This document shows, in pieces, positions 47,393 through 56,690 of a stretch of 64,000 bases of DNA. This DNA comes from a virus. Lineage: Duplodnaviria; Caudoviricetes. The stretch spans positions 29,168 through 93,167 of the IMG/VR virus record IMGVR_UViG_3300005614_000005, one strand, 5' to 3'. The notes under the pieces are model-generated. The model was not told the DNA's origin. It saw only the letters and a list, made by a program, of their open reading frames with translations, and did no database searches. Position 1 is the first letter of the stretch, and every line of letters starts with the position of its first letter. The translations under genes and the position numbers were made by a program.

Positions 47393-47644
47393 CTACCCCT
47401 CGTCACTCATGAGGCGCTCGAGCTCACGTTCGACCCGTGCGCGCGCCGCGATGGTCGCGCGGTCGCCGTAGAGGTGCTGCGCTCGCTCGACGCGGAACCG
47501 CTCCCAGAGCTCGTTCAGTCGTTCGGTGCAGGCTTGCGTGACGAAGGGGTCGCGACGTCCCCGCCAGTTCTTCTGCCGACGTGCCGAGACCGAGTGGATC
47601 TCGTTCATCGTGAGCTCAGTTGCCAGCTGCGTCATCGAGCTCAC
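47393..47644 (-). CDS. Hypothetical protein
   Basis: Helical ORF overlapping the portal end; GGAGG RBS. Confidence 0.5.
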   Translation of the reverse strand: MSSMTQLATELTMNEIHSVSARRQKNWRGRRDPFVTQACTERLNELWERFRVERAQHLYGDRATIAARARVERELERLMSDEG

Positions 47645-49106
47645 CTCCTAGTGAGTCCTGTTCGACGGTGGGGTGTGTTCCCGTGTCAGGTGTTTCCTCG
47701 GGATCGCCGAGCTCACCTTCTTCGACGTCATGCCCGAGTTCGGAGATGAACATCTCGCCGCGCGGATCGTCGTCGGCGAGCTCCTCCTCGCCGATCTTCC
47801 GGCGCGCCTCGTTCAACTTGAGGATCCCGCCCTGGAATCCGGCGGTCGCGTTCTCCATGTCTGAGGTTTCCTCGGAGAGGTCGAGCGCGTCCGGAGTCCA
47901 ACCCCACGTGATCGTCTTCTGCCCAGACTCGTGCTTGATGAACCGGCGGATGCGCGCCGAGAGCATCGCCTGCCCGGGCTGGACCACGGCCTCCTTGTAG
48001 ATCCGCGAGGAGTCAACGGTGACGGAGCCGCCGAGCGGGCCAACGCGCGAGATGCCGAGCCGTTCGGGTGGCATCCGGTGCGCGGCGAGGATGTATTCCT
48101 GCGCCCGGTTCTGAAGCTTCTCGAACGACATGTCCGACTTGGTGAGCTCGGTGAGCTGCTGGAACTTGATGTCGCCCGGACCCTCGATGGGGATCACGAT
48201 GTTCCGGTGTGGCTGCTTCAAGTCAACGCGGAAGCTGGTCTTGATGTCCTCTTCCAGGTCGGGATCGTCATCCAGGTTGGAGAGGATGATCGCCCAACGG
48301 GGCTCACGGCGGTTGTCGAAGTAGTAGATGTTGTCGTCGCGGGCCAGCACCGAGAGGGTGACCCACCCGAGCGCCGCGATGTAGGTCGGGATGCCGTACC
48401 ACGTACTGCGGCGCGCGGGCCGCTTGACGACGAGCACCTCGTTTCCAATCTTGACGTTCCCGGCGGCCTTCGCGTTTTCGTAGATGACGCCGTTGTGCGC
48501 GCCCACCACGCGTTCGTCGTTTGGCATCCAGCGCTTGAACCACACGCGCTTGCCCTGCCTGATCTGCACGACGCGGACGCCCTCACGACCGAAGCGCACC
48601 GTGTGTGCGGGCATGGGGTACACGAACCGAACCTTGCCGTTCGGGTCTCGCGCGATCTCGATGGCGCCGTGCCCCACCGTCGCCTGGTCGGTGATGGTCG
48701 ACACGAGAATCTCGTGCATCGTCTCGTCGCGACGTTCGTCGATGAGGTTGTCGAACCACGCGTCGAGCGCTTCGCGCTCGTCGGTGTTCTCGTTCTCGTC
48801 TTGGTTCTTCCACGTCCAGCCGGCGCCCACGACGTCTGCGGCGTACTGTTCGAGCGCCGCGTTGTGGACGGGGTGCTGCTCAGAGAGGAAGACGAGCTGC
48901 TCAAGCGGGAAGGGCGGCTCCTGGATGTCGGCGCCGTAGAGCGACCGGAAGTCGTCCTCGGGAAGCTGCTGCGATGCCTGTCCGATCGGGTTCTGCTGCT
49001 CGTCCAGGAAGACGGCCTTCAGTATGCGACCTCGCTCGGGGTTTCGCTCCTTGCGCTCGGTATCACTCACTTTCACAGTGTAGCTGGCCGACGTGCGCCC
49101 GTGCAA
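47616..49106 (-). CDS. Portal protein (PBSX/HK97-like)
   Basis: YGIPTY, YFDN, ILAAHRMPP..LG, LNEARRKIG. Confidence 0.92.
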   Translation of the reverse strand: MHGRTSASYTVKVSDTERKERNPERGRILKAVFLDEQQNPIGQASQQLPEDDFRSLYGADIQEPPFPLEQLVFLSEQHPVHNAALEQYAADVVGAGWTWKNQDENENTDEREALDAWFDNLIDERRDETMHEILVSTITDQATVGHGAIEIARDPNGKVRFVYPMPAHTVRFGREGVRVVQIRQGKRVWFKRWMPNDERVVGAHNGVIYENAKAAGNVKIGNEVLVVKRPARRSTWYGIPTYIAALGWVTLSVLARDDNIYYFDNRREPRWAIILSNLDDDPDLEEDIKTSFRVDLKQPHRNIVIPIEGPGDIKFQQLTELTKSDMSFEKLQNRAQEYILAAHRMPPERLGISRVGPLGGSVTVDSSRIYKEAVVQPGQAMLSARIRRFIKHESGQKTITWGWTPDALDLSEETSDMENATAGFQGGILKLNEARRKIGEEELADDDPRGEMFISELGHDVEEGELGDPEETPDTGTHPTVEQDSLGGELDDAAGN

Positions 49107-49240
49107 GTTTTGGCAAGTGTAGCACCGTGATCGCCCTCCCCTCCCGTACCTCCCCTCCCGTGGGCGGCAAAAAGTCTACCCACCTCGGGGCTAGGTGGTT
49201 AGGGTTTGTTGCTGCCTAACGTCTCGATTCGAGACGTCTA

Positions 49241-49573
49241 TCATCGCGAACCACGCATCTTAGCGCGAGCTTCGTCAGTGTGTTTGCGTCCTGTCATTCC
49301 AGGCGCAGCAACCTTAGTACGATCGTATCGACCAACCTTATCAGAGCGTGAGATGTTACAAGATCGGCACTCCTCGATGTACTTAGTAGGGTCGTTCTCC
49401 CAACCGCGTGGATCGTCGCCAACGTAGCTCCACTCGGTATCACCAGGTGTGTTGCAAGTCACACACTTTCCAATCTTCTGCTTCAGCTCGTTCATCCGAG
49501 AATGAACACGACGATAACCGATGTTGTCGCCCTTACTTGCAAACCTTCCGTCTGGGCCACGAGAAGTGTTCAT
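49241..49573 (-). CDS. HNH-like/NUMOD3 protein
   Basis: GYRRVH...CVTC...CRSC...[14 protein letters not shown]; lower GC. Confidence 0.6.
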   Translation of the reverse strand: MNTSRGPDGRFASKGDNIGYRRVHSRMNELKQKIGKCVTCNTPGDTEWSYVGDDPRGWENDPTKYIEECRSCNISRSDKVGRYDRTKVAAPGMTGRKHTDEARAKMRGSR

Positions 49574-49782
49574 GTCAAATGACAGCGCTTGAACTTCTTA
49601 CCGCTCCCACACGGGCAGGGGTCGTTGCGACCGACCCTGGGCATCGACTCGAGGTCGAGTTCGCGTTCGATCTCGTCGTAATCATCTGGATCTTCACACT
49701 TCGGACAGTGTGTCGACACGACACCGTTGATGCTGGTTGGCACGCCTTCCCAACCGCAAGTCGGGGCACAACAGCGTGCCAA
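49570..49782 (-). CDS. Zinc-finger plus SEC-C motif protein
   Basis: CCAPTCGW...CPKC and [18 protein letters not shown]; start uncertain. Confidence 0.75.
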   Translation of the reverse strand: MARCCAPTCGWEGVPTSINGVVSTHCPKCEDPDDYDEIERELDLESMPRVGRNDPCPCGSGKKFKRCHLT

Positions 49783-49823
49783 CGCTCCGTCTCGGCCCAG
49801 ATCAAGCAACCCACGTGCGGTCA

Positions 49824-50273
49824 CTACAGCCGCGTCTTCTCGGGAATCACAAGACCCTTCTCCAGGTACATCCCACCGAGCATGTATTTCATGCTGACAC
49901 GAGCACGCGCCTCGGCGCGTGAGCCGGCGGGGGCTAACAACCAGCGGTCGAACTGATCGAGGTATGCCTTCTGCGCCGCCGTTACAACCGGCCATTCGTC
50001 ACACGCTTCCTCGCGCTCCACCAGCACAGCTTCACGGTCGCTGAGGTCACGCTCGTGACCGAGCCAGCCGTGTTTGTGGCACAGGTCCACGAGCTGCGCT
50101 TTGTTCACGGCGCCGACCTTCTTGAGCATGTTGTGAATGTGGGTCCGCACGGTTGAAGTGGAACGTTTGAACTCGAGCGCGATCTGCTTGTAGGTGAGTC
50201 CCGAGCTGATGAGGTCGATAATCCGTAGCTCTCGGTGAGTGAAGGGGCATCCTGCCGGCACGACGGTATCCAT
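49824..50273 (-). CDS. LuxR-type HTH transcriptional regulator
   Basis: FTHRELRII...GLTYKQIA...[13 protein letters not shown]; AAAGGAGG RBS before ATG 50273. Confidence 0.85.
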   Translation of the reverse strand: MDTVVPAGCPFTHRELRIIDLISSGLTYKQIALEFKRSTSTVRTHIHNMLKKVGAVNKAQLVDLCHKHGWLGHERDLSDREAVLVEREEACDEWPVVTAAQKAYLDQFDRWLLAPAGSRAEARARVSMKYMLGGMYLEKGLVIPEKTRL

Positions 50274-50313
50274 ACCAAACCTCCTTTCACTAGGGGATTT
50301 GGGAAACAACAGA

Positions 50314-50349
50314 CCCCCGCCCACACCCCGCAAGGGACGTGGGCGGGGG
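50314..50349 (-). terminator. Intrinsic terminator after 50359..51381
   Basis: 11-bp GC stem CCCCCGCCCAC/GTGGGCGGGGG, followed on the minus strand by TCTGTTGTTT. Confidence 0.7.
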
Positions 50350-50358
50350 CTGCGGGCG

Positions 50359-51381
50359 TCAGCCGGTCGGCAGCGCCTCGACGGTCCACTCGGCGAGCTG
50401 CGCCGGGGTGATCCCGAGTACCTCGGTGTCGAACGTCGGGAGGAGCCGCGGGTCGCCCACGCGACGGAGCTCCTCGACGCCCGCTTCCGCGTCGGTCGCG
50501 GACGCCCAGCCCTCGCCGCCAGCCGAGCCGAACGTGATGCCGGTCCCGTTCTCGCGGTTGCGGGCGCGGATGACGAAGATGCCCGCCTCGGGCTCCGCGT
50601 CGGCCTCGGGCTCCGGGGCGGTCTCCTCGCTGGCGGGCTCCTCCGCGGCCTTCGCGGCGCCGTGGAGCTGCTGCCAGTTTTCGGGTTCCGCTTCCGTCGC
50701 GTAGCTCATGTACCCGCCCGGCGACATCGCCGGCACGGGGGCCGTGAGGACGCCCTCGTAGTCGAACTTCCCACCCGACTCGGTGTCGAGTTCGAAGTAG
50801 GCCGGTTCGGCGAAGTTCGCGAGGAGCTCGCCGTTGGGGGCCGCCTTGCCGGTCTCCTGCACCGGGTCGCCGACCTCCACGATGTAGATGCGCCCTTCGG
50901 AGGGCTTCTTCACCGTCCGCACGGTCTTGACGACCTGCGGGTCCACGAGTGCCTCCAGCATCTCGTGGGACGCCACTTCGGACGGGGCGACTCCATCTTC
51001 CTGGGACGTCTTGGCGAAGATCTTCATGAGCGGGATTTCCGGCGCGTCAGCACGGAGACCGCGCGACGTCCGCCCACTCGACTTCGCCGGGCCGGTGGGC
51101 GCGCCCGCCTTGTCGAACGCCTGATCTTCGTGGTACCCGAGGGCGCCGGGCTGGTCGCTCGTGTCGAGCAGTTCCAGGTGCCAGCTATCCGCCGGGATCG
51201 TCCCGCCCTTGGCGATGAACTCGACGGACGCCACCGGCGTCGCCAGGTTCTCGGTCACCCAGCGGGACTTGTTGTACTGCTCCGTCGCCTGCCACTGCAG
51301 CGCCTCGACGATCTTCTCGGCCTCGGCGTCCGTCAAGACGGACGTGAGGTTCTGAACGGTGATGACTACGCCGTCAGCCAT
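50359..51381 (-). CDS. Putative zinc metallopeptidase-like protein
   Basis: ALGYH...SHEMLEALVDP...EVGDPV (HExxE type). Confidence 0.6.
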   Translation of the reverse strand: MADGVVITVQNLTSVLTDAEAEKIVEALQWQATEQYNKSRWVTENLATPVASVEFIAKGGTIPADSWHLELLDTSDQPGALGYHEDQAFDKAGAPTGPAKSSGRTSRGLRADAPEIPLMKIFAKTSQEDGVAPSEVASHEMLEALVDPQVVKTVRTVKKPSEGRIYIVEVGDPVQETGKAAPNGELLANFAEPAYFELDTESGGKFDYEGVLTAPVPAMSPGGYMSYATEAEPENWQQLHGAAKAAEEPASEETAPEPEADAEPEAGIFVIRARNRENGTGITFGSAGGEGWASATDAEAGVEELRRVGDPRLLPTFDTEVLGITPAQLAEWTVEALPTG

Positions 51382-51664
51382 GCGTACCTCCTTCGGTAGG
51401 GGTCTTCCGGCACGTGCCGGTCATTCTAGTGGCACCGGGCCCGCCGGCGGGTGGTCCGCCGGGGGCGCGGTTGCAGTTTCGGGGCGGGCACGAGGAAGCG
51501 TGCGTCCAGCAGGCGTCCCTCGCTGATGGCGCGCACTACGTACGAGCTGCGCTGGTAGCACTCCACGAGGAAGGGCTGTCCGTAGCCGATGGTGATGCGC
51601 AGCCCCGCCGGCGTCGTGGCGACGACCGACGGGAGTGCGTATACCGCTCCGACCTGCACTGGAC

Positions 51665-52597
51665 TCAGGCGGCCGTCAGGATCTTCAGCGCGTTGTCGCG
51701 CGCCTTGACGCCCTGGCCGAACCAGGAGCCCATGAGCTGCGAGTTGGCCGTGCGGGGTTCACGGAGCCAGTCGTAGAACTCGCCGACCGCGTTGAGCGCG
51801 TCCCAGCGGTTCGACCGGCCGTGCTTCCCGGACGCCCACGCCTCGAGCAGCCCCTCCGACACCTGCGGCGTCGCGCGAAGCTGGGAGACGAGGTTCTCGA
51901 ACTGCGCGTCGGTGAACGACCGCTGCGCCAGCTCGTCCATCTGGGTCTCGAAGGCGTCCGCGTACTCGAACGTGAGCTCGAGCTGCCGGCGGGCCTCCAT
52001 GAGCTTGCCGTCCATCGTGCTGAGGTGGCGGACGGTCCACTTCCGCTTCGTCCCACTGAGCGCGAGGTTGAGCGTGTTGGTGCAGACGATGCGGACGGGG
52101 GTCACCATGCCCGTGATCGCCCGCGAGCCGTCGTGGCTGTTGAAGAGGGCCAGGTAGAGGTCTACCGGGTCCTCGCCGCCGACCTTGATCTCGCGGGGGA
52201 GCTTCATCGTCATGAACACCCACTTCCCGCCGCGCAGCGACCCGGCGGTCTCCCAGTGGGCGTCGCCGCTGTCCACGAGGGCGTCCATGAAGGCGAAGGC
52301 CTCCGCGTTCTGGAGGGGCGTGTACGGCGCGCCGACGACGCCGAGCACCGCTTTGTCGGTGCTGCGCTGGACGGCGTAGTAGCCGGCCACCTCGTCGTAG
52401 GCACGGAACTGCTTCTTGCCCGGCTCGGGCTCGGTCATGCCGCCGGTCCCGACGAACATGGGCACCTTGCTGACGCCCCAGTCCAGTCCGGCTGCGACGA
52501 GCGCGTTCGCGGCCGTGAGCTCCTCGTCCACGACCGTCCCCATGCCGTGCCAGGGAACCTCCCTCACGCTCATCATGGTCTCAACGTCTGCAGTCAT
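51665..52597 (-). CDS. DUF932/DUF945 phage-plasmid protein
   Basis: PWHGMG...AGLDW...PLQNAEAF...ETAGSL...NSHDGS...TPVRIVCTNTL. Confidence 0.9.
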   Translation of the reverse strand: MTADVETMMSVREVPWHGMGTVVDEELTAANALVAAGLDWGVSKVPMFVGTGGMTEPEPGKKQFRAYDEVAGYYAVQRSTDKAVLGVVGAPYTPLQNAEAFAFMDALVDSGDAHWETAGSLRGGKWVFMTMKLPREIKVGGEDPVDLYLALFNSHDGSRAITGMVTPVRIVCTNTLNLALSGTKRKWTVRHLSTMDGKLMEARRQLELTFEYADAFETQMDELAQRSFTDAQFENLVSQLRATPQVSEGLLEAWASGKHGRSNRWDALNAVGEFYDWLREPRTANSQLMGSWFGQGVKARDNALKILTAA

Positions 52598-52638
52598 CGT
52601 TCCTCCTTTATCTCGGTGGTTGGGCTACCTGACCGAGA

Positions 52639-52667
52639 ACTCTATACCGTTCTGAGGAGGATGTCAA
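52639..52667 (-). promoter_or_regulatory. Sigma-A-type early promoter
   Basis: TTGACA-N17-TAGAGT upstream of the DUF932 gene. Confidence 0.75.
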
Positions 52668-52773
52668 GGGAACGGTCACGAAAGACGTCCGCGTACCTTC
52701 GCCTCGAGTCGATGCGCGAGCGCCAGGTACTGCCGGTCCAGCAGAATCCGCAGCGCCAGCTTGAGTAGGGTCT

Positions 52774-54033
52774 TCATGCGTTCACCTCCTCCCTCAGGAT
52801 CTGGATCACGTCGGCCGGACTACGGCCCTTGAAGCGACGACCGTTCTCGAACGGTCGCGTACTGCCGCAGCCGAACCGTTCAGCGAGACGTTGCGCCTGC
52901 TCGATCGTCAGGTTGCCAAACTTCTCGTGCACGTCGATGCGACCCTTCCGAAGGATCGCCTCGTCCAGCTTGCTCCGGTCGTTCGTGGTCATCACCGTCA
53001 CGAGACCGTGCGGCGTCCACACGCCGTCGAGTGCGTTGAGCATGGTGCTGATGTTCGCGCCGGGCTTGTCGTCGCTGCGCGTCGTGAGGGCGTGGTACAC
53101 GTCCACGTCCTCCATCAGGAGCATCGACCGCGGCTGGATTCCGCCGACGAGCTGGGTCAGGTCGACTTCCTTATCCAGGTCGCCGAGCGGCAGGTAGTAG
53201 ACCGGCATGTCGAGGTGGTTGGCGATGGCCCTCGCCACCGACGTCTTGCCCGTGCCGGGTGGGCCGTAGAGCAGGTAGCCGCGGTGCCAGGGCTGGCACA
53301 GTCGGTTGTACTCGTCCTCGTCTGCGAGGAACCGTTCCAGGTCGGCGACGATGCGCTCGAGCTGGCCCTTCCGCAGGACCACCGACTCGAGCGTGCGGGG
53401 CGGCAGGTCCGCGCGACGCCGCCATTCCCCGCCCCAGCGGGGCGGCATGTAGAGGGGTGGCGGCCCGACCTTCGATTCCTTGCGCTCCACGAGCGCCTCG
53501 ATCATGCGGACGACCGCGTCGCGCCCGCCGGGCGAGGAGGCGGTGAACGTGACCTTCTCGAGGAGCTGCCGCCAGTTTTCGGAGAGGAATTCGCGTCCGC
53601 CGGGGATCGGCTCGCGCTCGATGTGCACCTTGACGCGGTGCCCGTCGAGCGTGACGGTCTGCACCTTCTCGCCGTCGCACCGCAGCGAGACGCGGCGTGG
53701 CTCGATTTCATCACCGTCGTGTGAGATGGACGGGTGCGAGGTCCCGTCGCCGGTCACCGCGATGAGCGCCTTGCGGTCGTCCTCGGGGATCCGTTCGAGC
53801 ACCCACGCGTGCAGGTCGCCGTAGATCGTGTCGGTCCCGGCGACGACGATGGTGAAGTCGTCGTGGCGGTTCATTCGGGTGCGCGTCCACTTCACCGCCG
53901 GCCACGCGACCTGCGCGACGGCGACCGCCGCGGCGGCTCGTCGGCCGTGTCGTCCTCCGAAGTGACCCAGGGCGGCCAGGGCGGCGGCGCTGGCCGCTAC
54001 GCCGTTCGACTGGTCCGGCGCGGCGTCAGCCAC
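52774..54033 (-). CDS. BCS1-like AAA+ ATPase
   Basis: RTLESVVL...WHRGYLLYGPPGTGKTS...EDVD...LNALDG...TTN...LDEAILRKGRID. Confidence 0.9.
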   Translation of the reverse strand: MADAAPDQSNGVAASAAALAALGHFGGRHGRRAAAAVAVAQVAWPAVKWTRTRMNRHDDFTIVVAGTDTIYGDLHAWVLERIPEDDRKALIAVTGDGTSHPSISHDGDEIEPRRVSLRCDGEKVQTVTLDGHRVKVHIEREPIPGGREFLSENWRQLLEKVTFTASSPGGRDAVVRMIEALVERKESKVGPPPLYMPPRWGGEWRRRADLPPRTLESVVLRKGQLERIVADLERFLADEDEYNRLCQPWHRGYLLYGPPGTGKTSVARAIANHLDMPVYYLPLGDLDKEVDLTQLVGGIQPRSMLLMEDVDVYHALTTRSDDKPGANISTMLNALDGVWTPHGLVTVMTTNDRSKLDEAILRKGRIDVHEKFGNLTIEQAQRLAERFGCGSTRPFENGRRFKGRSPADVIQILREEVNA

Positions 54034-54435
54034 CTAGATGGGGAGGCGCAGTAGGTGAGCTCGGACCGTGCCCGCCAGGGCGTCCTCCGCGTAGACGGCG
54101 CACACCGTCTCGAAGCCGTCCAGGATGGTCAGCTTGTGTTCAGAGGTTTCCAGGATCGCCAGCACGACGGGATCCACGGGGTGGGAGTCGTCAAGCATTT
54201 CACGTGCCGCGACGACCTCCGGATGGTCGGGGGTGCAGGAAAGGGCAGTCGCTTCGGCGGCCCGTAGCACGTCGCGGGCGAGCCAGTCGTCCGTCGTCAC
54301 GCCGCGGTTACGCTCGAAGCTCGAGATCTTGGACGCGGTGTTCATCGGATGCACGAGCAACTGCATGAACTTCCGTATCCGATCGAGCTGCTCCTCGCAG
54401 ATCTCGTCTCTCCACTCCACCTTGCTCACCTCCAC
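54034..54435 (-). CDS. Hypothetical protein
   Basis: ORF within the coupled early cluster. Confidence 0.5.
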   Translation of the reverse strand: MEVSKVEWRDEICEEQLDRIRKFMQLLVHPMNTASKISSFERNRGVTTDDWLARDVLRAAEATALSCTPDHPEVVAAREMLDDSHPVDPVVLAILETSEHKLTILDGFETVCAVYAEDALAGTVRAHLLRLPI

Positions 54436-54575
54436 ATCCTACGCCAGACGCCCGCCCTGCCCAACGCGCGACCCACGGCGATGTTCTTCGCGCGTCTGCC
54501 GACTTTGCCGGTCCGCACGGCGCGGCCGGTAGCAGAGGCGCGTGCCACTTTGTAGGCAGCTTTGGTGAACGACAT
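54426..54575 (-). CDS. Small highly basic 49-aa protein (absent from the ORF track)
   Basis: MSFTKAAYKVARASATGRAVRTGKVGRRAKNIAVGRALGRAGVWRRMWR; overlaps both neighbours. Confidence 0.55.
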   Translation of the reverse strand: MSFTKAAYKVARASATGRAVRTGKVGRRAKNIAVGRALGRAGVWRRMWR

Positions 54576-54817
54576 CAAGCACTTCTCGCCGCGACCGCGA
54601 TCCCGCGCCGCGTCAGCCGGTAGGTTCCGTGCATCCGCAGCCGTGCCAAGTAGCCCATCTTGCAGAGCCGGTTGGCCCGGCCTTGCAGGACGCCGTGCAG
54701 GTCGGTGCCTCGCGCGTTCTCGAGCAGCACGTACTCGAGCAGTTCACGGTCGGCGTCGGTGACATTCCCGGACGGGTTGTGACGCTCGGGCCGTCGCTTC
54801 TGGACTTGCGGTGTCAT
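54575..54817 (-). CDS. Hypothetical winged-helix-like protein
   Basis: RLCKMGYL...YRLTRRG. Confidence 0.5.
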   Translation of the reverse strand: MTPQVQKRRPERHNPSGNVTDADRELLEYVLLENARGTDLHGVLQGRANRLCKMGYLARLRMHGTYRLTRRGIAVAARSA

Positions 54818-55203
54818 GATCTCTCCACGTGAACGCTATCCATTGACACGACACGGGTCTGTTCGTGCGCGATGTGCAGCAGACCCAGACACTGCCACGG
54901 CTGCATGTGCCTCGAGCAGAACAGCAGTACCCACTGCGCCGGCTTGCCGTAGTACTCGCGATCCTCGTGCTCACCTCGCATGACGAGGATGACGTCCTCA
55001 GGGTAAACATCGTCGGGTATCCGCCCTGCTATCTCCTCCAGCCACGAAGGCTTCGGCGGTTTGAAGGCGTTAGGGTCGTTGAGTGCATGCATCGCCTTAC
55101 CGTACGCAGAGTGCAGATCCACTTCACGGCCGGGGTCGGTGACACGTCGAAGTTGCGCGGCGAGCGCGGTCAGCTCCTCGTCGGTGAAGTCCACGAGTGT
55201 CAC
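54814..55203 (-). CDS. Hypothetical protein
   Basis: Coupled ORF. Confidence 0.5.
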   Translation of the reverse strand: MTLVDFTDEELTALAAQLRRVTDPGREVDLHSAYGKAMHALNDPNAFKPPKPSWLEEIAGRIPDDVYPEDVILVMRGEHEDREYYGKPAQWVLLFCSRHMQPWQCLGLLHIAHEQTRVVSMDSVHVERS

Positions 55204-55484
55204 GCCGCCACCTCCACGAGCGGTCGCCCGACGGCGACCGTCACCTCGTTACCGCCGGACTCGTTGAGCTCGGCGTCGCAGTAGACGCGGAGGAAGCCGA
55301 CGCGCCGGCGCGGGCTCGACACGAGCGTGAGACCGGCGATGTCGTCGCCGTCCTCCCAGCCGCAGCGCTCCACGTCGGCGGGGTTCATGTGGACCTCGCG
55401 ACCCTTCGCGCCGAAGCGGCAGGTCGCGTCGTGATGCTGCTTGGCCTCCACGACGGCGCGCAGGTTGGCGCCCGAGACGCTCAC
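55200..55484 (-). CDS. Hypothetical protein
   Basis: Coupled ORF, probable start GTG 55484. Confidence 0.45.
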   Translation of the reverse strand: MSVSGANLRAVVEAKQHHDATCRFGAKGREVHMNPADVERCGWEDGDDIAGLTLVSSPRRRVGFLRVYCDAELNESGGNEVTVAVGRPLVEVAA

Positions 55485-55624
55485 CGACCCGACCCCCGCA
55501 GCACACCCGCGAAGAGCCCAAGGGCAATGACCGCGCAGATCACGATCCAGACGCCCAGGCCGATGAGGGCGACTTCGCCGATGGTCCGCCACGTGTTGGG
55601 CGCGAGGAGGAACGCGAGCGTCAT
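55481..55624 (-). CDS. Small membrane protein
   Basis: Start ATG 55624; one long hydrophobic segment. Confidence 0.45.
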   Translation of the reverse strand: MTLAFLLAPNTWRTIGEVALIGLGVWIVICAVIALGLFAGVLRGSGR

Positions 55625-56061
55625 GCCGCGACGGCCTCCTCGGCGAGGACCTCGTCTACGGGGTCCATCCAATCGTAGTGACGCTCCTGCCAGAAGTCTC
55701 GCGGCAGTTGAAGGTTCTCGGGGTCGATCAGCTCGGGGCACTCCCAGGGCTCCGCCGTCTCGAGATCCCAGCCCCAGTAGAAGCGCGTCCCGTAGTACCG
55801 CGCTTCGCCGTGGATGTCTGGGCCGTACACGAGGTAGAAGCCGCAGATGACGCCGCGCCGGCCCTGCCGGTTGGTTGCGAGGCAGGGATACGAGATCGTG
55901 GTGTTCTCCGGAATGACGCCGGTCTCGTAGGTACGGCGCAGGTAGTCGAACCCGCCGTCCACGGCGATGGCCCCGCACTTGCACGATTTGTAGTCGTGCC
56001 GGTTGACCGACTCTGGGTTGTCGCCGCACTTGGGGCAGCGAGCGGAGTTGCGCAGGATCAT
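55621..56061 (-). CDS. Zinc-ribbon phage protein
   Basis: NSARCPKCGD...CKCGAIAVDGG. Confidence 0.7.
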   Translation of the reverse strand: MILRNSARCPKCGDNPESVNRHDYKSCKCGAIAVDGGFDYLRRTYETGVIPENTTISYPCLATNRQGRRGVICGFYLVYGPDIHGEARYYGTRFYWGWDLETAEPWECPELIDPENLQLPRDFWQERHYDWMDPVDEVLAEEAVAA

Positions 56062-56255
56062 GACACCACCCTAACCTCGATCGTCAGCTCGTTCTCTTTC
56101 CAGAGCCAGTGATCTTTCTCGTTTTCGATGGCCTTGAACACCTTCGCGACCGCGTCGCCCGGCTTGATCGTGGGCGCCTTCACGACACGTACGTACGGAC
56201 GCCGGCGGCCGGGGGCGCTGATCGTGACCTGCCAGTTGTATGTGTCGTTTGCCAT
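56058..56255 (-). CDS. Hypothetical protein (leaderless)
   Basis: ATG lies 7 nt after the -10 of a consensus promoter. Confidence 0.55.
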   Translation of the reverse strand: MANDTYNWQVTISAPGRRRPYVRVVKAPTIKPGDAVAKVFKAIENEKDHWLWKENELTIEVRVVS

Positions 56256-56262
56256 GTCGCGT

Positions 56263-56291
56263 ACCTTATACCCTCGGGCCTAGTTCGTCAA
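56263..56291 (-). promoter_or_regulatory. Sigma-A-type early promoter
   Basis: TTGACG-N17-TAAGGT. Confidence 0.7.
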
Positions 56292-56690
56292 GGGAACGAT
56301 CCGAACGTTCTTGTCGCGCTTGCGGAAGCGTCGGACCGTTGCCCACGTGCCGGAGCGGACGGTCTCGCTGGGCGAACGCGGGAACGCGATGAGCTCGTCC
56401 GCGTACTCGGCAAGCGCGTCGTTCCGGTCCATGTAGGAGCCGTGCACTTCGATGGAGTCGGTCACCTCGACGTTGCCCGCCAGCGCGTAGTTGTGGAACT
56501 GGTCCTCGGGAACGACGAGCACGACGGGCAGCCCTAGCTCGAGCGCGTAGAAGGCGGCAGCGGTGTCGACGCCGTGCGCGCAGCCCGACACCAGCTCGGT
56601 GCCCGGCTCGAGCTTCGCGACCTCGCCACGCACGATCCCGAACTCCTCTTCGGTGAGCTTGCGGGCGGGGCCCGAGACGGCGACCTTCAC
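56280..56690 (-). CDS. SLOG-superfamily (DprA/YspA-like) protein
   Basis: VAVSGPAR...VSGCAHGVD...RND...LIAF...SGTWATV; start GTG 56690. Confidence 0.75.
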   Translation of the reverse strand: MKVAVSGPARKLTEEEFGIVRGEVAKLEPGTELVSGCAHGVDTAAAFYALELGLPVVLVVPEDQFHNYALAGNVEVTDSIEVHGSYMDRNDALAEYADELIAFPRSPSETVRSGTWATVRRFRKRDKNVRIVPLTN

